Positions 38,522 to 49,146 of a DNA stretch of 64,000 nt are shown here, one piece after another. Numbering within the stretch: position 1 is the stretch's first letter; each line of letters begins with the position of its first letter. The translations under genes and the position numbers were made by a program. The notes under the pieces are model-generated. The model worked only from the letters and a program-made list of their open reading frames with translations, ran no database searches and was not told where the DNA came from. Source of the DNA: Betaproteobacteria bacterium (GTDB lineage: Bacteria > Pseudomonadota > Gammaproteobacteria > Burkholderiales > Casimicrobiaceae); contig JBDTWY010000016.1 in NCBI GenBank assembly GCA_040006455.1, positions 3,834-67,833 of the forward strand, given 5' to 3'.

Positions 38522-41179
38522 TCAATCCGCCAGACTGCGCGTGACGATCTCGCTGACGTCCACCGACAGCTCCGGCGCGGCGGCGAGCCGCTGCAGCGCC
38601 GCTTGCATCAGGCCACGGCGCGGTTGCGGAAAACGCTTCCACATATCGAAGCTGCCGGCGATGCGCGCAGCGACCTTCGGGTTGAGCGCGTCGATCGACA
38701 GCACCTGCTCGGCGATGAACGCGTAGCCTTCGCCGGTCTGCGCGTGAAAGCGCGGGAAGTTGCGCGCGAACGCGCCGACCAGCGCGCGCACGCGGTTGGG
38801 ATTGCGCACGTTGTACCCCGGATGCGAGATCAGCGACTTGACGCGCGCCAGCGTGTCGGCGCCATCGGTCATCGCCTCCTGCATGAACCACTTGTCGAGG
38901 ACCAGCGGGTCGTCGCGCCATTTCGCCTCGAAGCGCGCGAAAAGATCATCGCGATCGATCGACTTGCTGTCCGCCAGCGCTTCCAGCGCGGCGATGGCAT
39001 CGGTCATGTTGTCACTGTCGTCGTACTGGGCAACGATGCGTGCGCGTGCCGGAACATCGTCGAGAGCGGCGAGATACGCCAGCGCCGTGTTGCGCAACTT
39101 ACGCGGACCCACTTGCGCTTGCGACGCGGCGTACGGGCGCGAAGGACGATGGCGTTCGACGAGCGACTCGAGTGCCGCGCGATGCCGTGACGCCAGCGCG
39201 CCAACGATGAACGTGCGCGCGGCGCTCACGCCGTCGACGTCGATCTCGTCTTCCAGCGCGGCCACGTATGCGGCATCCGGCGGCCGCAGCGCCAGCGCCA
39301 GCAGCGCCGGGTCGCTGGCCGTGTCGCCGAGGAGATGTCCCACCAGCACCTCGAGGGATCGCGGCAGTGCCAGCGGCTTGCCGTCGCGGTGATCACCGGC
39401 GAGCGTGAGGATCGCGTTGGCGAAGCTGCGCTGCGCGGCGTCCCAGCGGTTGACCGGGTCGCTGTCGTGCGCGGCGAGCATCGCCAGCTCGTCGTCGGTG
39501 TGGTGGAACTCGAGCCGCACCGGCGCCGAATAGCCGCGGGCGAGCGACGGCACCGGCCTGGTGGCGACGTTGACGAACGTGAAGCGTTGCAGTGGCTCGC
39601 GGATGTCGAGCACGCGCGTCGTGCCGCTGGCGACGGGCTCGCCCTCGAGTTGCAACGGCAGGTCGCGACCGTCGCCGCCGACCAGACCGACCGCAAGCGG
39701 AAGGTGGAACGGCAACTTGGAAGTTTGTCCCGGCGTCGGCTCGGTGTGCTGCGAAACCTCCAGCATGTACGTGCGGGCGCGCGCATCGTATTCGCCGCGT
39801 GCATTGACGACCGGCGTGCCGGCCTGCGCGTACCAGCGCCGGAATTGCGCGAGGTCGACGCCGGTCGCGTCGCTCATCGACTGCACGAAGTCCTCGCATG
39901 TGACGGCCTGTCCGTCGTGGCGGTCGAAGTAGAGATCCATGCCGCGGCGAAAGCCCTCGTCACCCAGCAGCGCGTGTTGCATGCGGATCACTTCCGCGCC
40001 TTTTTCGTACACGGTGGCCGTGTAGAAGTTGTTGATCTCCTGGTACTCGTCGGGGCGGATCGGGTGCGCGCCGGGACCCGCGTCCTCCGGATACTGCAGG
40101 CGCCGCAGCGACTCGACCGCGGAGATGCGCTCGACCGCGGGCGAGCCCTGCGAGCTCGAGAATTCCTGGTCGCGGTAGACGGTGAGCCCTTCCTTCAGCG
40201 ACAGCTGGAACCAGTCGCGACAGGTGACGCGATTGCCGGTCCAGTTGTGGAAATACTCGTGGCCGATCACGCCGACGATCGCCGCAAAGTCGTCGTCGGT
40301 CGCGCTCGCCGGATCGGCGAGGACGAGGCGGCTGTTGAAGATGTTGAGGCCCTTGTTCTCCATCGCTCCCATGTTGAAGTCATCGGCGCAGAAGATCATG
40401 AAGCGGTCGAGGTCGTATTCGCGGCCGAAGCGCTCTTCGTCCCAGCGCATCGCGTGCTTGAGCGACGCCATCGCATGCGTGCAGCGCGGAAGGTTCTGCG
40501 GCGTCGAGTGGATCGACAGCCGCACGCTGCGGCCGCTCGCCGTCGTGAACGTGTCGGCGAGCTCGGCCACGTCGCCAGCGACCAGTGCGAACAGGTACGA
40601 AGGCTTGGGGTAGGGGTCGTGCCACCTGGCGTAGTGCCGGCCGCCGTCGAGCGGGCCCTGGTCGACGAGATTGCCGTTGGAAAGCAACACCGGGTAGCGC
40701 GCGCGATCGGCGCGCAGCGTCACCGTAAAGGTTGCGAGCACGTCGGGCCGGTCGGGAAAATACGTGATGCGGCGAAATCCCTCGGGCTCGCATTGCGTGC
40801 AGAACACGCCGGACGATATGTACAGGCCTTCGAGCTCAAGGTTCTTCGCCGGCGCGTGCGTCGAGCGAACCGTCAGCGTGCCTTCACGCGGCGGATCATT
40901 GAGCGTCAGGCCATCGACACCGAGCAGCACGCGCGGCGCGGCGAGCCTGACGCCGTCGAGCTCGACTTCGACGTCCGACTGGTGCCTGCCGTCGAGCACC
41001 AGCGGCGAGCGCACTTCGGTCGCGCTGGCGGCGGGGTTACGGAGGAAGACGAGCGTGGTGGTGACGCGCGTCACATCGGGATCGAGGTCGAACTCGAGCG
41101 CGACCGTCGGTACGAGGAACGTCGGCGGGCGGTAGTCGGCGCGCCGCTTGGCGGGCGCGCGTCCATCACGGGGCAGCAT
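38522..41179 (-). CDS. pepN: aminopeptidase N
   Basis: 885 aa. GAMENKGLNIF, zinc motif VIGHEYFHNWTGNRVT...WFQLSLKEGLT. Confidence 0.95.
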   Translation of the reverse strand: MLPRDGRAPAKRRADYRPPTFLVPTVALEFDLDPDVTRVTTTLVFLRNPAASATEVRSPLVLDGRHQSDVEVELDGVRLAAPRVLLGVDGLTLNDPPREGTLTVRSTHAPAKNLELEGLYISSGVFCTQCEPEGFRRITYFPDRPDVLATFTVTLRADRARYPVLLSNGNLVDQGPLDGGRHYARWHDPYPKPSYLFALVAGDVAELADTFTTASGRSVRLSIHSTPQNLPRCTHAMASLKHAMRWDEERFGREYDLDRFMIFCADDFNMGAMENKGLNIFNSRLVLADPASATDDDFAAIVGVIGHEYFHNWTGNRVTCRDWFQLSLKEGLTVYRDQEFSSSQGSPAVERISAVESLRRLQYPEDAGPGAHPIRPDEYQEINNFYTATVYEKGAEVIRMQHALLGDEGFRRGMDLYFDRHDGQAVTCEDFVQSMSDATGVDLAQFRRWYAQAGTPVVNARGEYDARARTYMLEVSQHTEPTPGQTSKLPFHLPLAVGLVGGDGRDLPLQLEGEPVASGTTRVLDIREPLQRFTFVNVATRPVPSLARGYSAPVRLEFHHTDDELAMLAAHDSDPVNRWDAAQRSFANAILTLAGDHRDGKPLALPRSLEVLVGHLLGDTASDPALLALALRPPDAAYVAALEDEIDVDGVSAARTFIVGALASRHRAALESLVERHRPSRPYAASQAQVGPRKLRNTALAYLAALDDVPARARIVAQYDDSDNMTDAIAALEALADSKSIDRDDLFARFEAKWRDDPLVLDKWFMQEAMTDGADTLARVKSLISHPGYNVRNPNRVRALVGAFARNFPRFHAQTGEGYAFIAEQVLSIDALNPKVAARIAGSFDMWKRFPQPRRGLMQAALQRLAAAPELSVDVSEIVTRSLAD

Positions 41180-41191
41180 CGGTCGTCGGTC

Positions 41192-41668
41192 CTATTTCAC
41201 TTCGAGGAGTTCGACATCGAAAATCAGCGGGGCATTGGGTGGGATCACGCCGCCGGCACCGCGTTCCCCATAGCCGAGTCGCGCGGGAATGATCAGCCTT
41301 CGCTTGCCGCCGGCCTTCATTCCCACCACGCCTTCATCCCATCCCTTGATTACCTTGCCTTCGCCGAGGAAGAATCCGAATGGCACCTTGCGATCCAGCG
41401 AGCTGTCGAATTTCTTGCCCTTGCCTTCGGGCGCAGCCGGGTCGTACAACCACCCGCTGTAGTGAACGATCACCACTTTGCCGCTCACGGCTTCCGCGCC
41501 ATCGCCTTGTTTGATATCGATTTTCTGCAGATCTTCGGGGTTGGCACTCAACTTGCTCACCGTAGCAATGGGAGGCGTGTTGCCGGTCTGGGCGAACGCC
41601 GGAGCCGCGACGCCCGCGGCGAGCAACAACGCAATGATGAAACTTGGACAAACGCGCAAGCGATTCAT
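41192..41668 (-). CDS. secreted FKBP-type peptidyl-prolyl cis-trans isomerase
   Basis: Signal peptide (AAPAFAQ), then VHYSGWL..G.KFDSSLDR..PF.F.LG.G.VIKGWDEGV.GMK.GG.R.L.IP..LGYG. TAG stop. Confidence 0.88.
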   Translation of the reverse strand: MNRLRVCPSFIIALLLAAGVAAPAFAQTGNTPPIATVSKLSANPEDLQKIDIKQGDGAEAVSGKVVIVHYSGWLYDPAAPEGKGKKFDSSLDRKVPFGFFLGEGKVIKGWDEGVVGMKAGGKRRLIIPARLGYGERGAGGVIPPNAPLIFDVELLEVK

Positions 41669-41898
41669 GGCGGAATGGAGAATGATTGCGCCGCAATTCG
41701 CAGCAGGCCGTACTGCACACTACAACGGATCGGGCGACGCGATGGATGAAGCATCAATTGTATCGGAGCGCCGATGGTTTTGCGCCATCGCGCGAATTGG
41801 GCTATAAACATCAGCTCCGCTTCGCATTTCCGACCTGGTTGCGTCGTCGATCACACGCAATCGCGCGCGGACCCGCGCGCTTCGCCAACAGGCATTGA

Positions 41899-43590
41899 AT
41901 GTTCGGTTTTCTGACATCTTCCGGCAAGGACGTTGCCGATCCGCTGGTTTCGGCGAAGACCGCATCGGCGTGGCTGCGCCAGTTGCCGGCGCTCGACGTG
42001 ATCGGCCGCCAGCAGCACGTGATGCGCGCGTTCGACGCGATCCGGCAGTCGCGCAAGCCCATGGACACCGCGCGCGCCGGCGCAATCCAGTTCCTCGATG
42101 CGGCACTCGCGGCCGACCGCCGCCAGTTGACGAAGCAATACGTCGAGAACGTCGACGCCGGACCCAAGCTGTCGATCCGCATCTGGCACGCGGTGTTCGA
42201 CCTGACGCAGGGATTCATCTTCGCCTACCAGCTCGCGCTCGAGGAGGCCGTCAAGCAGCAGGCCAATCCGCGCTGGAAACCGATGCTGCCGCTGCTGTTT
42301 GCGCGCCTTCTGCACTACTACGGCACCGACGCCAAGCTGCGCGTCGCGCGCTACGAACGCTGGATTCCTGCCAAGTGGATGGAGCTGCACCGCACGTACC
42401 TGCGCGCGACCGAGCTCAGCATCGAGCGCGTGCCGGTCGCGCTGGGCGCTACCAATCCGAGCGCCACGCAGTGGACGGTGGAGCAGGAATACCTGTTCGC
42501 GCTGCTGATTCACCAGCTCAACACCGGCAACCTTTCGCCGGCCGAGCTCGACTGGGGGTCGTCGCAGCTTCGCGCATGGAGCCGCCGGCTGCTGCTCGAG
42601 GCGATGCCGGGCTCGCCCGAAGGCTTCTTCGTCGACATCGCCGGCAAGACCGGTCTCACGCGCCGCACCGGCAACGACTCGGGATCGATGCTGCGCTACC
42701 TGGACACGACGCCGATGGCCGACCAGCTCGATCGCGCGATCGCGTCGTTGCGTCAGGCCGAAGGCACTGACCAGGGACCAGCGGCGTCGATCAACCCGTT
42801 GCGCGTCGCCATCCTCGACAAGATCCGGCCTGCGATCGCGCCCAACGTCAACACCGATTTTCGCCGCGACCCGCGCATTTCCTGCGCGGTCACCGCGATG
42901 GTTCGCGTCGGGCTTGCGCGCATCTCGCGCGATCTCGCCGCCAACGACATCGGCGACCCTGAAGCCGCGCATGGTCACGAGCAGATCGAGGTGTATGCGG
43001 TCGCCGATGCGCCGCGCTCGCGCAAGCGCGTGCCGGACGAGCACGATTCGCTGGCGGCGAGCCTGTCGTCGTTTTCCGATCCGATGTGGCAGGTCAAGGA
43101 CCGCAGCGTCGCCGGCCTGCGCATCGCGGCATCCGGCGGCATCGGCCAGAGCCTGACGCTCGGCGCGCTGGTCGCGGTGCGCCAATCCGATGTTTCGGAC
43201 TGGGTGCTGGGCGTCGTGCGACGGCTCAACAAGGTGTCGACCGAGGAAGTCGAGGCGGGCGTGTCGATCATCGCCGACCGCATCGTCGCAGTCACGCTCA
43301 ACTCGCGCCGCGAGCCCAAGGACGACATGGGCTTCATGGTCAACGGCATCGACGTGTCGACGATCGGTGCGCGCTTCGACGGCCTGTACCTGCCGCCGCC
43401 GTCGCGTCCCGACAAGCCGTTGTCGGTGAAGACGCTGATCGTGCCGACGCAGGAGTATTCCGAAGGGCGCAACATCATCCTTGGCACCGGACGCTCGATC
43501 TACACGGTGGCATTGCGCCACCTGGTCGAGCAGCGCGCCGACTGGTCGTGGGCGGCGATCCAGATCATCGAAAAGCGCGCGCGCGAATAA
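41899..43590 (+). CDS. conserved hypothetical protein with a C-terminal PilZ-like (c-di-GMP-binding) domain
   Basis: 563 aa. RSRKR (RxxxR, 43015-43029) is followed 23 residues later by DRSVAG (DxSxxG, 43099-43116) and a beta-rich segment (GLRIAASGG...LVAVRQSD..WVLGVVRRL). I do not recognise the N-terminal 370 aa or so. Confidence 0.55.
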   Translation: MFGFLTSSGKDVADPLVSAKTASAWLRQLPALDVIGRQQHVMRAFDAIRQSRKPMDTARAGAIQFLDAALAADRRQLTKQYVENVDAGPKLSIRIWHAVFDLTQGFIFAYQLALEEAVKQQANPRWKPMLPLLFARLLHYYGTDAKLRVARYERWIPAKWMELHRTYLRATELSIERVPVALGATNPSATQWTVEQEYLFALLIHQLNTGNLSPAELDWGSSQLRAWSRRLLLEAMPGSPEGFFVDIAGKTGLTRRTGNDSGSMLRYLDTTPMADQLDRAIASLRQAEGTDQGPAASINPLRVAILDKIRPAIAPNVNTDFRRDPRISCAVTAMVRVGLARISRDLAANDIGDPEAAHGHEQIEVYAVADAPRSRKRVPDEHDSLAASLSSFSDPMWQVKDRSVAGLRIAASGGIGQSLTLGALVAVRQSDVSDWVLGVVRRLNKVSTEEVEAGVSIIADRIVAVTLNSRREPKDDMGFMVNGIDVSTIGARFDGLYLPPPSRPDKPLSVKTLIVPTQEYSEGRNIILGTGRSIYTVALRHLVEQRADWSWAAIQIIEKRARE

Positions 43591-43600
43591 CCCGCAGTTT

Positions 43601-43670
43601 GGGGTCGGAGTCGAATTCACGCAGGGAAATCCGATTGACACCGCGTCACACGAAATTCGACTCCGACCCC
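43601..43670. repeat. 17-bp perfect inverted repeat GGGGTCGGAGTCGAATT / AATTCGACTCCGACCCC with a 36-nt spacer (REP/MITE-like)
   Basis: Read directly from the sequence. It lies between the PilZ-like gene stop (43590) and the conserved core of the DUF488 gene. Confidence 0.7.
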
Positions 43671-44225
43671 AATCTCGGGAGCGACACGGCACCCCTGGTT
43701 TTCCTGACGATCGGGCATTCGACGCGGCCGATCGCCGAATTCATCGAGCTCCTGCGCGAGTCGGACGTGCGCCTCGTCGCCGACGTCCGCACGGTGCCGC
43801 GATCACGCACCAATCCCCAGTTCAACCGCGACACGCTGCCGGCGTCGCTCGCAGCCGCCGACATCGGCTACGCGCACATGCCCACGCTCGGCGGGCTGCG
43901 CGGGCGCGATGCTGCGACGCCTGCGGAAGTCAACGGTTTCTGGGACAACGCGAGCTTTCACAACTACGCCGACTACGCGATGACGGAATCATTCGCGGCG
44001 GGTTTGCAGGCGCTGCGCGATGGCGGACATGCGCGACGCTGCGCGATCATGTGCGCGGAGGCGGTGTGGTGGCGCTGCCACCGCCGCATCGTCAGCGACT
44101 ACCTGCTGGCGCAGGGCGAAAGCGTGTTCCACATCATGGGACCCGGCAACATCGAGGTGGCGCTGCTCAATCCGGCGGCACGCGCGGCGAACGGCGTGCT
44201 GGTCTATCCGCGGGCGCCGGCATAG
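43635..44225 (+). CDS. DUF488-family protein
   Basis: LVFLTIGHSTRPIAEFIELLRESDVRLVADVRTVPRSRTNPQF ... RCAIMCAEAVWWRCHRRIVSDYL match my memory of DUF488. There is no in-frame ATG or GTG. The candidate starts are TTG at 43635 or TTG at 43599, so the start is uncertain. Confidence 0.7.
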   Translation: MTPRHTKFDSDPNLGSDTAPLVFLTIGHSTRPIAEFIELLRESDVRLVADVRTVPRSRTNPQFNRDTLPASLAAADIGYAHMPTLGGLRGRDAATPAEVNGFWDNASFHNYADYAMTESFAAGLQALRDGGHARRCAIMCAEAVWWRCHRRIVSDYLLAQGESVFHIMGPGNIEVALLNPAARAANGVLVYPRAPA

Positions 44226-44255
44226 CCGCACGGCAACTAACCGCCGTTGCGCGCG

Positions 44256-45146
44256 TCAGTCGTTCGGGCGAAAACGCAGGTTCAGCACGCGCTCGAACAT
44301 GTCCGCGCGCTCGGGCTTGGGCAGCGGTGACGACTTGAGGATCGCGCGCTGCAGGGCATCGTCGTAGCTCTTCGCGCCGCTCGATTTCTTCAGGCGCACG
44401 TCGATGATCTCGCCGGTCGGCAATTGCACGACGTCGAACTCCGCCTGCGGATTGCCGGCAAGGTCCGGCGGCAGGATCACGTTGCCCTTGATCTTCGCCT
44501 GGATGCGGCTGATGTAGTCCGACTCGGCGGACTTGCGCGCCACCTGCGCGCGCTGCGCGGTCTCGGCGTTGGCGCGCTGCTGCATTTCCTTTTCCACCTG
44601 CTCGCGCATCTGCGTCATCGCGCGCTCCTGGCGTTCGCGCACGTCGGTGGCCTTCTTCGCGTCCGCCGCCTTCTTCTCGTCGAGCTGCTTCTGCAGCTCG
44701 CGCTGGTGCTGCAGGTCGGCGACGCGCTTCTGCTGCTCGGACTGTGCGCGAAGCTCCGCGTCGACGCGCTTGCGGCGCTCGGCGTCGCTGCGCGCCTTCA
44801 ACGCGATCTCGGCGTCGTGGTTGTCAGGTTTTTCCGGCTCGACAACGGGCTTGGGTGGTGGCGCAGGCGTGCCCTTCGGCGGCGGCACCGGCACGGGCTC
44901 GGGCTTGGGTGGCGTTGGCGCGGGCTCGATTTTCGGCGGCGGTGGCGTCGGTGCGGATTTCGGCGGCTGCGCGATTGGCGCGTAGAGCTCGGCGGTGACG
45001 GGCTCGGGCGCGCGATTCTGCCAGCGGATCGAGAAGATCAGCACCGCGAGGAACGCGAGGTGCACGATCACCGCGAGCGCCAGCGCGAGCCCGCGATGCG
45101 GCAGGCGGGCGCCGTCGCGAGGAGCGCTGCGCGGATCGGCGTTCAT
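44256..45146 (-). CDS. tolA: cell envelope integrity protein TolA
   Basis: N-terminal TM, Pro-rich then Lys/Glu/Ala/Gln-rich helical domain, and a C-terminal TolA-III-like domain. Follows tolQ-tolR. Confidence 0.85.
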   Translation of the reverse strand: MNADPRSAPRDGARLPHRGLALALAVIVHLAFLAVLIFSIRWQNRAPEPVTAELYAPIAQPPKSAPTPPPPKIEPAPTPPKPEPVPVPPPKGTPAPPPKPVVEPEKPDNHDAEIALKARSDAERRKRVDAELRAQSEQQKRVADLQHQRELQKQLDEKKAADAKKATDVRERQERAMTQMREQVEKEMQQRANAETAQRAQVARKSAESDYISRIQAKIKGNVILPPDLAGNPQAEFDVVQLPTGEIIDVRLKKSSGAKSYDDALQRAILKSSPLPKPERADMFERVLNLRFRPND

Positions 45147-45164
45147 CGTTGCGATCGGCGCAGC

Positions 45165-45578
<414 letters not shown>

Positions 45579-45582
45579 CGTG

Positions 45583-46251
45583 TCAGCTCTGGCGTTGCAG
45601 GATGTTGGAGAATTCTTCGATGAACGTCTCGTAGCGCGCCGCGAGCCGGTCGACGTCGTGCGTGAAGCGGTTGTACGCGACGACGGCGGGAATGGCCGCG
45701 AAGAGGCCGATCGCCGTCGCGATCAGCGCCTCGGCGATGCCCGGCGCCACCTGCGCGAGCGTCGCCTGGCTCACGTTGGCGAGTCCGCGGAACGCGTTCA
45801 TGATTCCCCACACGGTGCCGAACAGGCCGACGTACGGTGACACCGAACCCACGGTGGCGAGACCGGACAGGTGTGCGTCGAGCGAGTCGACTTCGCGCTG
45901 GTACGCGGCGCGCATCGCGCGGCGCGCCGAATCGAGCGTGATCACCGACGAGCTGCCCTGGCGGCGATGCTTGGAGAATTCGCGGAAGCCGGCGGTGAAG
46001 ATGTGCTCGAGGCCACTGCCGGTGCGCGCCTGGCCCGCGCGCTGGTAGAGCTCATTGAGGTCGCCGCCCTTCCAGAAATTCTCCTCGAACAGGTCGGCGT
46101 CGCGCGCCGAGCGCTTCAGCTGGAACATCTTGAGGAAGATGTGCCACCAGCTCCACAGCGATGCCAGCGCCAGCAGCACCAGGATCGCCTGCACGACCAC
46201 CGATGCCGTGGTGATCAACGACAGGAACGACAAGTCGGGGTGAACGTTCAA
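45583..46251 (-). CDS. tolQ: Tol-Pal system protein TolQ (MotA/TolQ/ExbB family)
   Basis: (L)[35 protein letters not shown] and GLATVGSVSPYVGLFGTVWGIMNAF. TTG start at 46251 overlaps the ybgC stop (TTGA). The longer track ORF extends into ybgC. Confidence 0.88.
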   Translation of the reverse strand: MNVHPDLSFLSLITTASVVVQAILVLLALASLWSWWHIFLKMFQLKRSARDADLFEENFWKGGDLNELYQRAGQARTGSGLEHIFTAGFREFSKHRRQGSSSVITLDSARRAMRAAYQREVDSLDAHLSGLATVGSVSPYVGLFGTVWGIMNAFRGLANVSQATLAQVAPGIAEALIATAIGLFAAIPAVVAYNRFTHDVDRLAARYETFIEEFSNILQRQS

Positions 46252-46649
46252 GTTCGCGTCTCCAGCAGGTTCGAAGGCATCTTGCGCGGCTTCCAGGTCG
46301 ATATGTCGAGGCAGGCGAGGGTGACCGTGGCCTCGGCGACCATCCGGTCGCTGCAGGTGATTTCCTGCCGGGCGATGAAGCGCGCACGCCCATGCTCGAC
46401 CATGTCGACGCCCACCATCAGCAGGTCGCCCAGCCGGGCGGGCGCGCGAAACGCCACGTCCGCGCGTGTCACGACGAATACGAGTGCGGAATCGCGCTCG
46501 AGTTCCGCAAGCGCCACGCCGCGCGCCGCCAGCCACTCGGTACGCGCACGCTCCATGAACTTGAGGTAGTTCGCGTAGTAGACGACACCGGCGGCATCGG
46601 TGTCCTCGTAGTAGACACGCACCGGGTGGGCGAAACGCGCGAGCGTCAT
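46248..46649 (-). CDS. ybgC: tol-pal-associated acyl-CoA thioesterase YbgC (4HBT fold)
   Basis: 133 aa. [31 protein letters not shown]. Confidence 0.85.
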   Translation of the reverse strand: MTLARFAHPVRVYYEDTDAAGVVYYANYLKFMERARTEWLAARGVALAELERDSALVFVVTRADVAFRAPARLGDLLMVGVDMVEHGRARFIARQEITCSDRMVAEATVTLACLDISTWKPRKMPSNLLETRT

Positions 46650-47692
46650 TCGGGTGCGAACAGCTCGGCCGACGGCAACGGCGGCGCGAGTCCGAAGTGG
46701 CGATACGACAGCGCGGTGGCGATGCGTCCGCGCGACGTGCGCTGCAGGAACCCCTGCTGGATCAGGTACGGCTCGAGCACGTCCTCGATGGTGTCGCGCT
46801 CCTCGCCGATCGCCGCGGCGAGGTTGTCGACACCCACCGGGCCGCCGTCGAACTTGGACAGCACCGTCTGCAGCAGCTTGCGATCCATCACGTCGAGCCC
46901 GACGACGTCGACGTCGAGCATCGACAGCGCGGCGTCGGCCACGGCGCGCGTGATCGCGCCGTCGGCCTTCACTTCGGCATAGTCGCGCACGCGCCGCAAC
47001 AGCCGGTTGGCGATGCGTGGCGTGCCGCGAGAGCGCCGCGCGATCTCCATCGAACCTGCGGGGTCGAGCGGAATCTCGAGCAGCGCCGCCGAGCGCGTGA
47101 CGATCCGCGTCAACTCGTCGGCGGTGTAGAACTCGAGGCGCGCGACGATGCCGAAGCGGTCGCGCAGCGGATTGGTCAGCATGCCGGCACGCGTGGTCGC
47201 GCCGATCAGCGTGAACGGCGGCAGGTCGAGCTTGACGCTGCGCGCTGCCGGTCCTTCGCCGATCATGATGTCGAGCTGGAAATCCTCGAGCGCCGGATAG
47301 AGGATTTCCTCGACCACCGGCGACAGCCGGTGGATCTCGTCGATGAACAGCACGTCGCGCGGCTCGAGGTTGGTCAGCAACGCCGCGAGGTCGCCGGGTC
47401 GCTCGAGCACCGGACCGGAAGTCTGCCGCAGGTTGACGCCGAGCTCGTGCGCGATGATGTGCGACAGCGTCGTCTTGCCGAGCCCGGGCGGTCCGAACAG
47501 CAGCACGTGATCGAGCGCTTCCTCGCGCTTGCGCGTCGCCTCGATGAAGATGCCGAGCTGGTGGCGGATCTTTTCCTGGCCGACGTAGTCGGCGAGCGCG
47601 CGCGGACGCAGCGCGCGCTCGAACTGCTCCTCGACGACGCCCACCGTGCGTGCGGTGACGACGCGGGTGAGCGGATCGCTTTCGATGGCCAT
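46646..47692 (-). CDS. ruvB: Holliday junction branch migration DNA helicase RuvB
   Basis: [37 protein letters not shown]. Confidence 0.97.
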   Translation of the reverse strand: MAIESDPLTRVVTARTVGVVEEQFERALRPRALADYVGQEKIRHQLGIFIEATRKREEALDHVLLFGPPGLGKTTLSHIIAHELGVNLRQTSGPVLERPGDLAALLTNLEPRDVLFIDEIHRLSPVVEEILYPALEDFQLDIMIGEGPAARSVKLDLPPFTLIGATTRAGMLTNPLRDRFGIVARLEFYTADELTRIVTRSAALLEIPLDPAGSMEIARRSRGTPRIANRLLRRVRDYAEVKADGAITRAVADAALSMLDVDVVGLDVMDRKLLQTVLSKFDGGPVGVDNLAAAIGEERDTIEDVLEPYLIQQGFLQRTSRGRIATALSYRHFGLAPPLPSAELFAPE

Positions 47693-47718
47693 GCGCGGAA
47701 CTCTACGCTTTCACCGGG

Positions 47719-48300
47719 TCAGGACTTCGACAACAGCTTGAGCGACTGGCGGATGCCGTCGGCGACCGCGATGTTGTCAGGCAGCTGCCTGACCGCCGCG
47801 ACCGCTTCCTTGTCGCTGTAGCCGAGCGCCAACAGCGCGTTGAGGATGTCGGCCGAGGCCGGCGGTACGCGGTGCACGCCGACCGCCGTCGTCAGGTCGG
47901 CGCCGAGCTTGTCCTTGAGCTCGAGCAGGATGCGTTCCGCAGTCTTCTTGCCGATGCCTGGAATCTTGGTGAGGCGCCCCGATTCCTGCAGCGTGATCGC
48001 CTGCGCGAGCTCGGCGACGGACAGTCCCGACAGCACCGACAGCGCGGTGCGCGCGCCGATGCCATTGACCTTGTTCAACTGGCGGAACGCACGGCGCTCG
48101 TTGTCGGTGCCGAAGCCGAACAGCAGGTGCGCGTCCTCGCGCACGACCAGATGCGTGAACAGCGTGACTGCGTGGCCGGTGGCGGGCAGGTTGTAGAACG
48201 TGCTCATCGGCACGTCGACCTCGTACGCGACACCCTGCACATCGAGCAGGATTTGCGGCGGATTTTTCTCGAGCAGCGTGCCCGACAGTCGGCCGATCAT
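47719..48300 (-). CDS. ruvA: Holliday junction branch migration complex subunit RuvA
   Basis: Start at [28 protein letters not shown]. HhH motifs ([22 protein letters not shown]). Confidence 0.93.
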   Translation of the reverse strand: MIGRLSGTLLEKNPPQILLDVQGVAYEVDVPMSTFYNLPATGHAVTLFTHLVVREDAHLLFGFGTDNERRAFRQLNKVNGIGARTALSVLSGLSVAELAQAITLQESGRLTKIPGIGKKTAERILLELKDKLGADLTTAVGVHRVPPASADILNALLALGYSDKEAVAAVRQLPDNIAVADGIRQSLKLLSKS

Positions 48301-48465
48301 CGGTATGCGAAACGGCTGGGCGCAATGGCTTGCATGACGCGCGCAATATAGCAGCCGCGCGCGCCATCGCGGCGCCGGGCGGCGCGAAGCGCGATCAATG
48401 GAACAACTTCGCGCGCAGCGCTCCGGCGCATTGGGCACTTCGGCCCTTGGGACGGCCCGGCGGGC

Positions 48466-49146
48466 TCATGGCGACACGAGTGCGGCGAGATAGCGCTGCA
48501 CGTCGGCAAGCGAATCGAGGATGTGTGGCGACAGCTCGAGCAGCCCGGCCTGCGGCACGATCAGGTCGGGCACGAGGATCGTCGTCATGCCGGCCGCGTA
48601 CGCGGCGCGAAAGCCCGGCTCCGAATCCTCGATCGCGAGGCAGTCCTTGGCGGCCACGCCCAGCGCGGCGGCAGCGGCGTAGTAGATGTCCGGCGCCGGT
48701 TTGCCGTGCGTGACGTCGTCGCCGCCGATGACAGTGACGAAATGCCCGAGGAGTCCCGCATCGCGCAGCTTGGAGCGCGCGCGCTCGCGGCGCGTCGTCG
48801 TCGCCACCGCGCAGGGAATGCCCGCGGCGCGAATCCAGCCAAGCAGTTCGCTGGCGCCGTCCTTGACGACGATGCCTTCGCGTTCGACGAGCGCTTCGTA
48901 GCTCGCGTGCCAGCCGCCCAGCACCTCGTCGACCGGATAGTGGTGGGCGTCGAAATGCGCGCGCAGCCGCGACGAGCAGTCGGCGAAATTGCGCCCGATC
49001 AGCGTGCGCGCGAGATCGGATTCGAAAGTCGCGCCCACTGCCGCCGCGGCTTCCTGCCACGCGCGCAGCGCGAGCGTCTCGGTGTCGAGCAGCGTCCCGT
49101 CCATGTCGAACACGATCGCGCGCGGTCGCCAGGCCCGCTCAGTCAT
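48466..49146 (-). CDS. HAD-superfamily hydrolase (beta-phosphoglucomutase/phosphatase-like)
   Basis: [14 protein letters not shown] (motif I), CAVATTT (II), [10 protein letters not shown] (III), EDSEPG (IV). Its start overlaps the ruvC stop (ATGA). Confidence 0.8.
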   Translation of the reverse strand: MTERAWRPRAIVFDMDGTLLDTETLALRAWQEAAAAVGATFESDLARTLIGRNFADCSSRLRAHFDAHHYPVDEVLGGWHASYEALVEREGIVVKDGASELLGWIRAAGIPCAVATTTRRERARSKLRDAGLLGHFVTVIGGDDVTHGKPAPDIYYAAAAALGVAAKDCLAIEDSEPGFRAAYAAGMTTILVPDLIVPQAGLLELSPHILDSLADVQRYLAALVSP

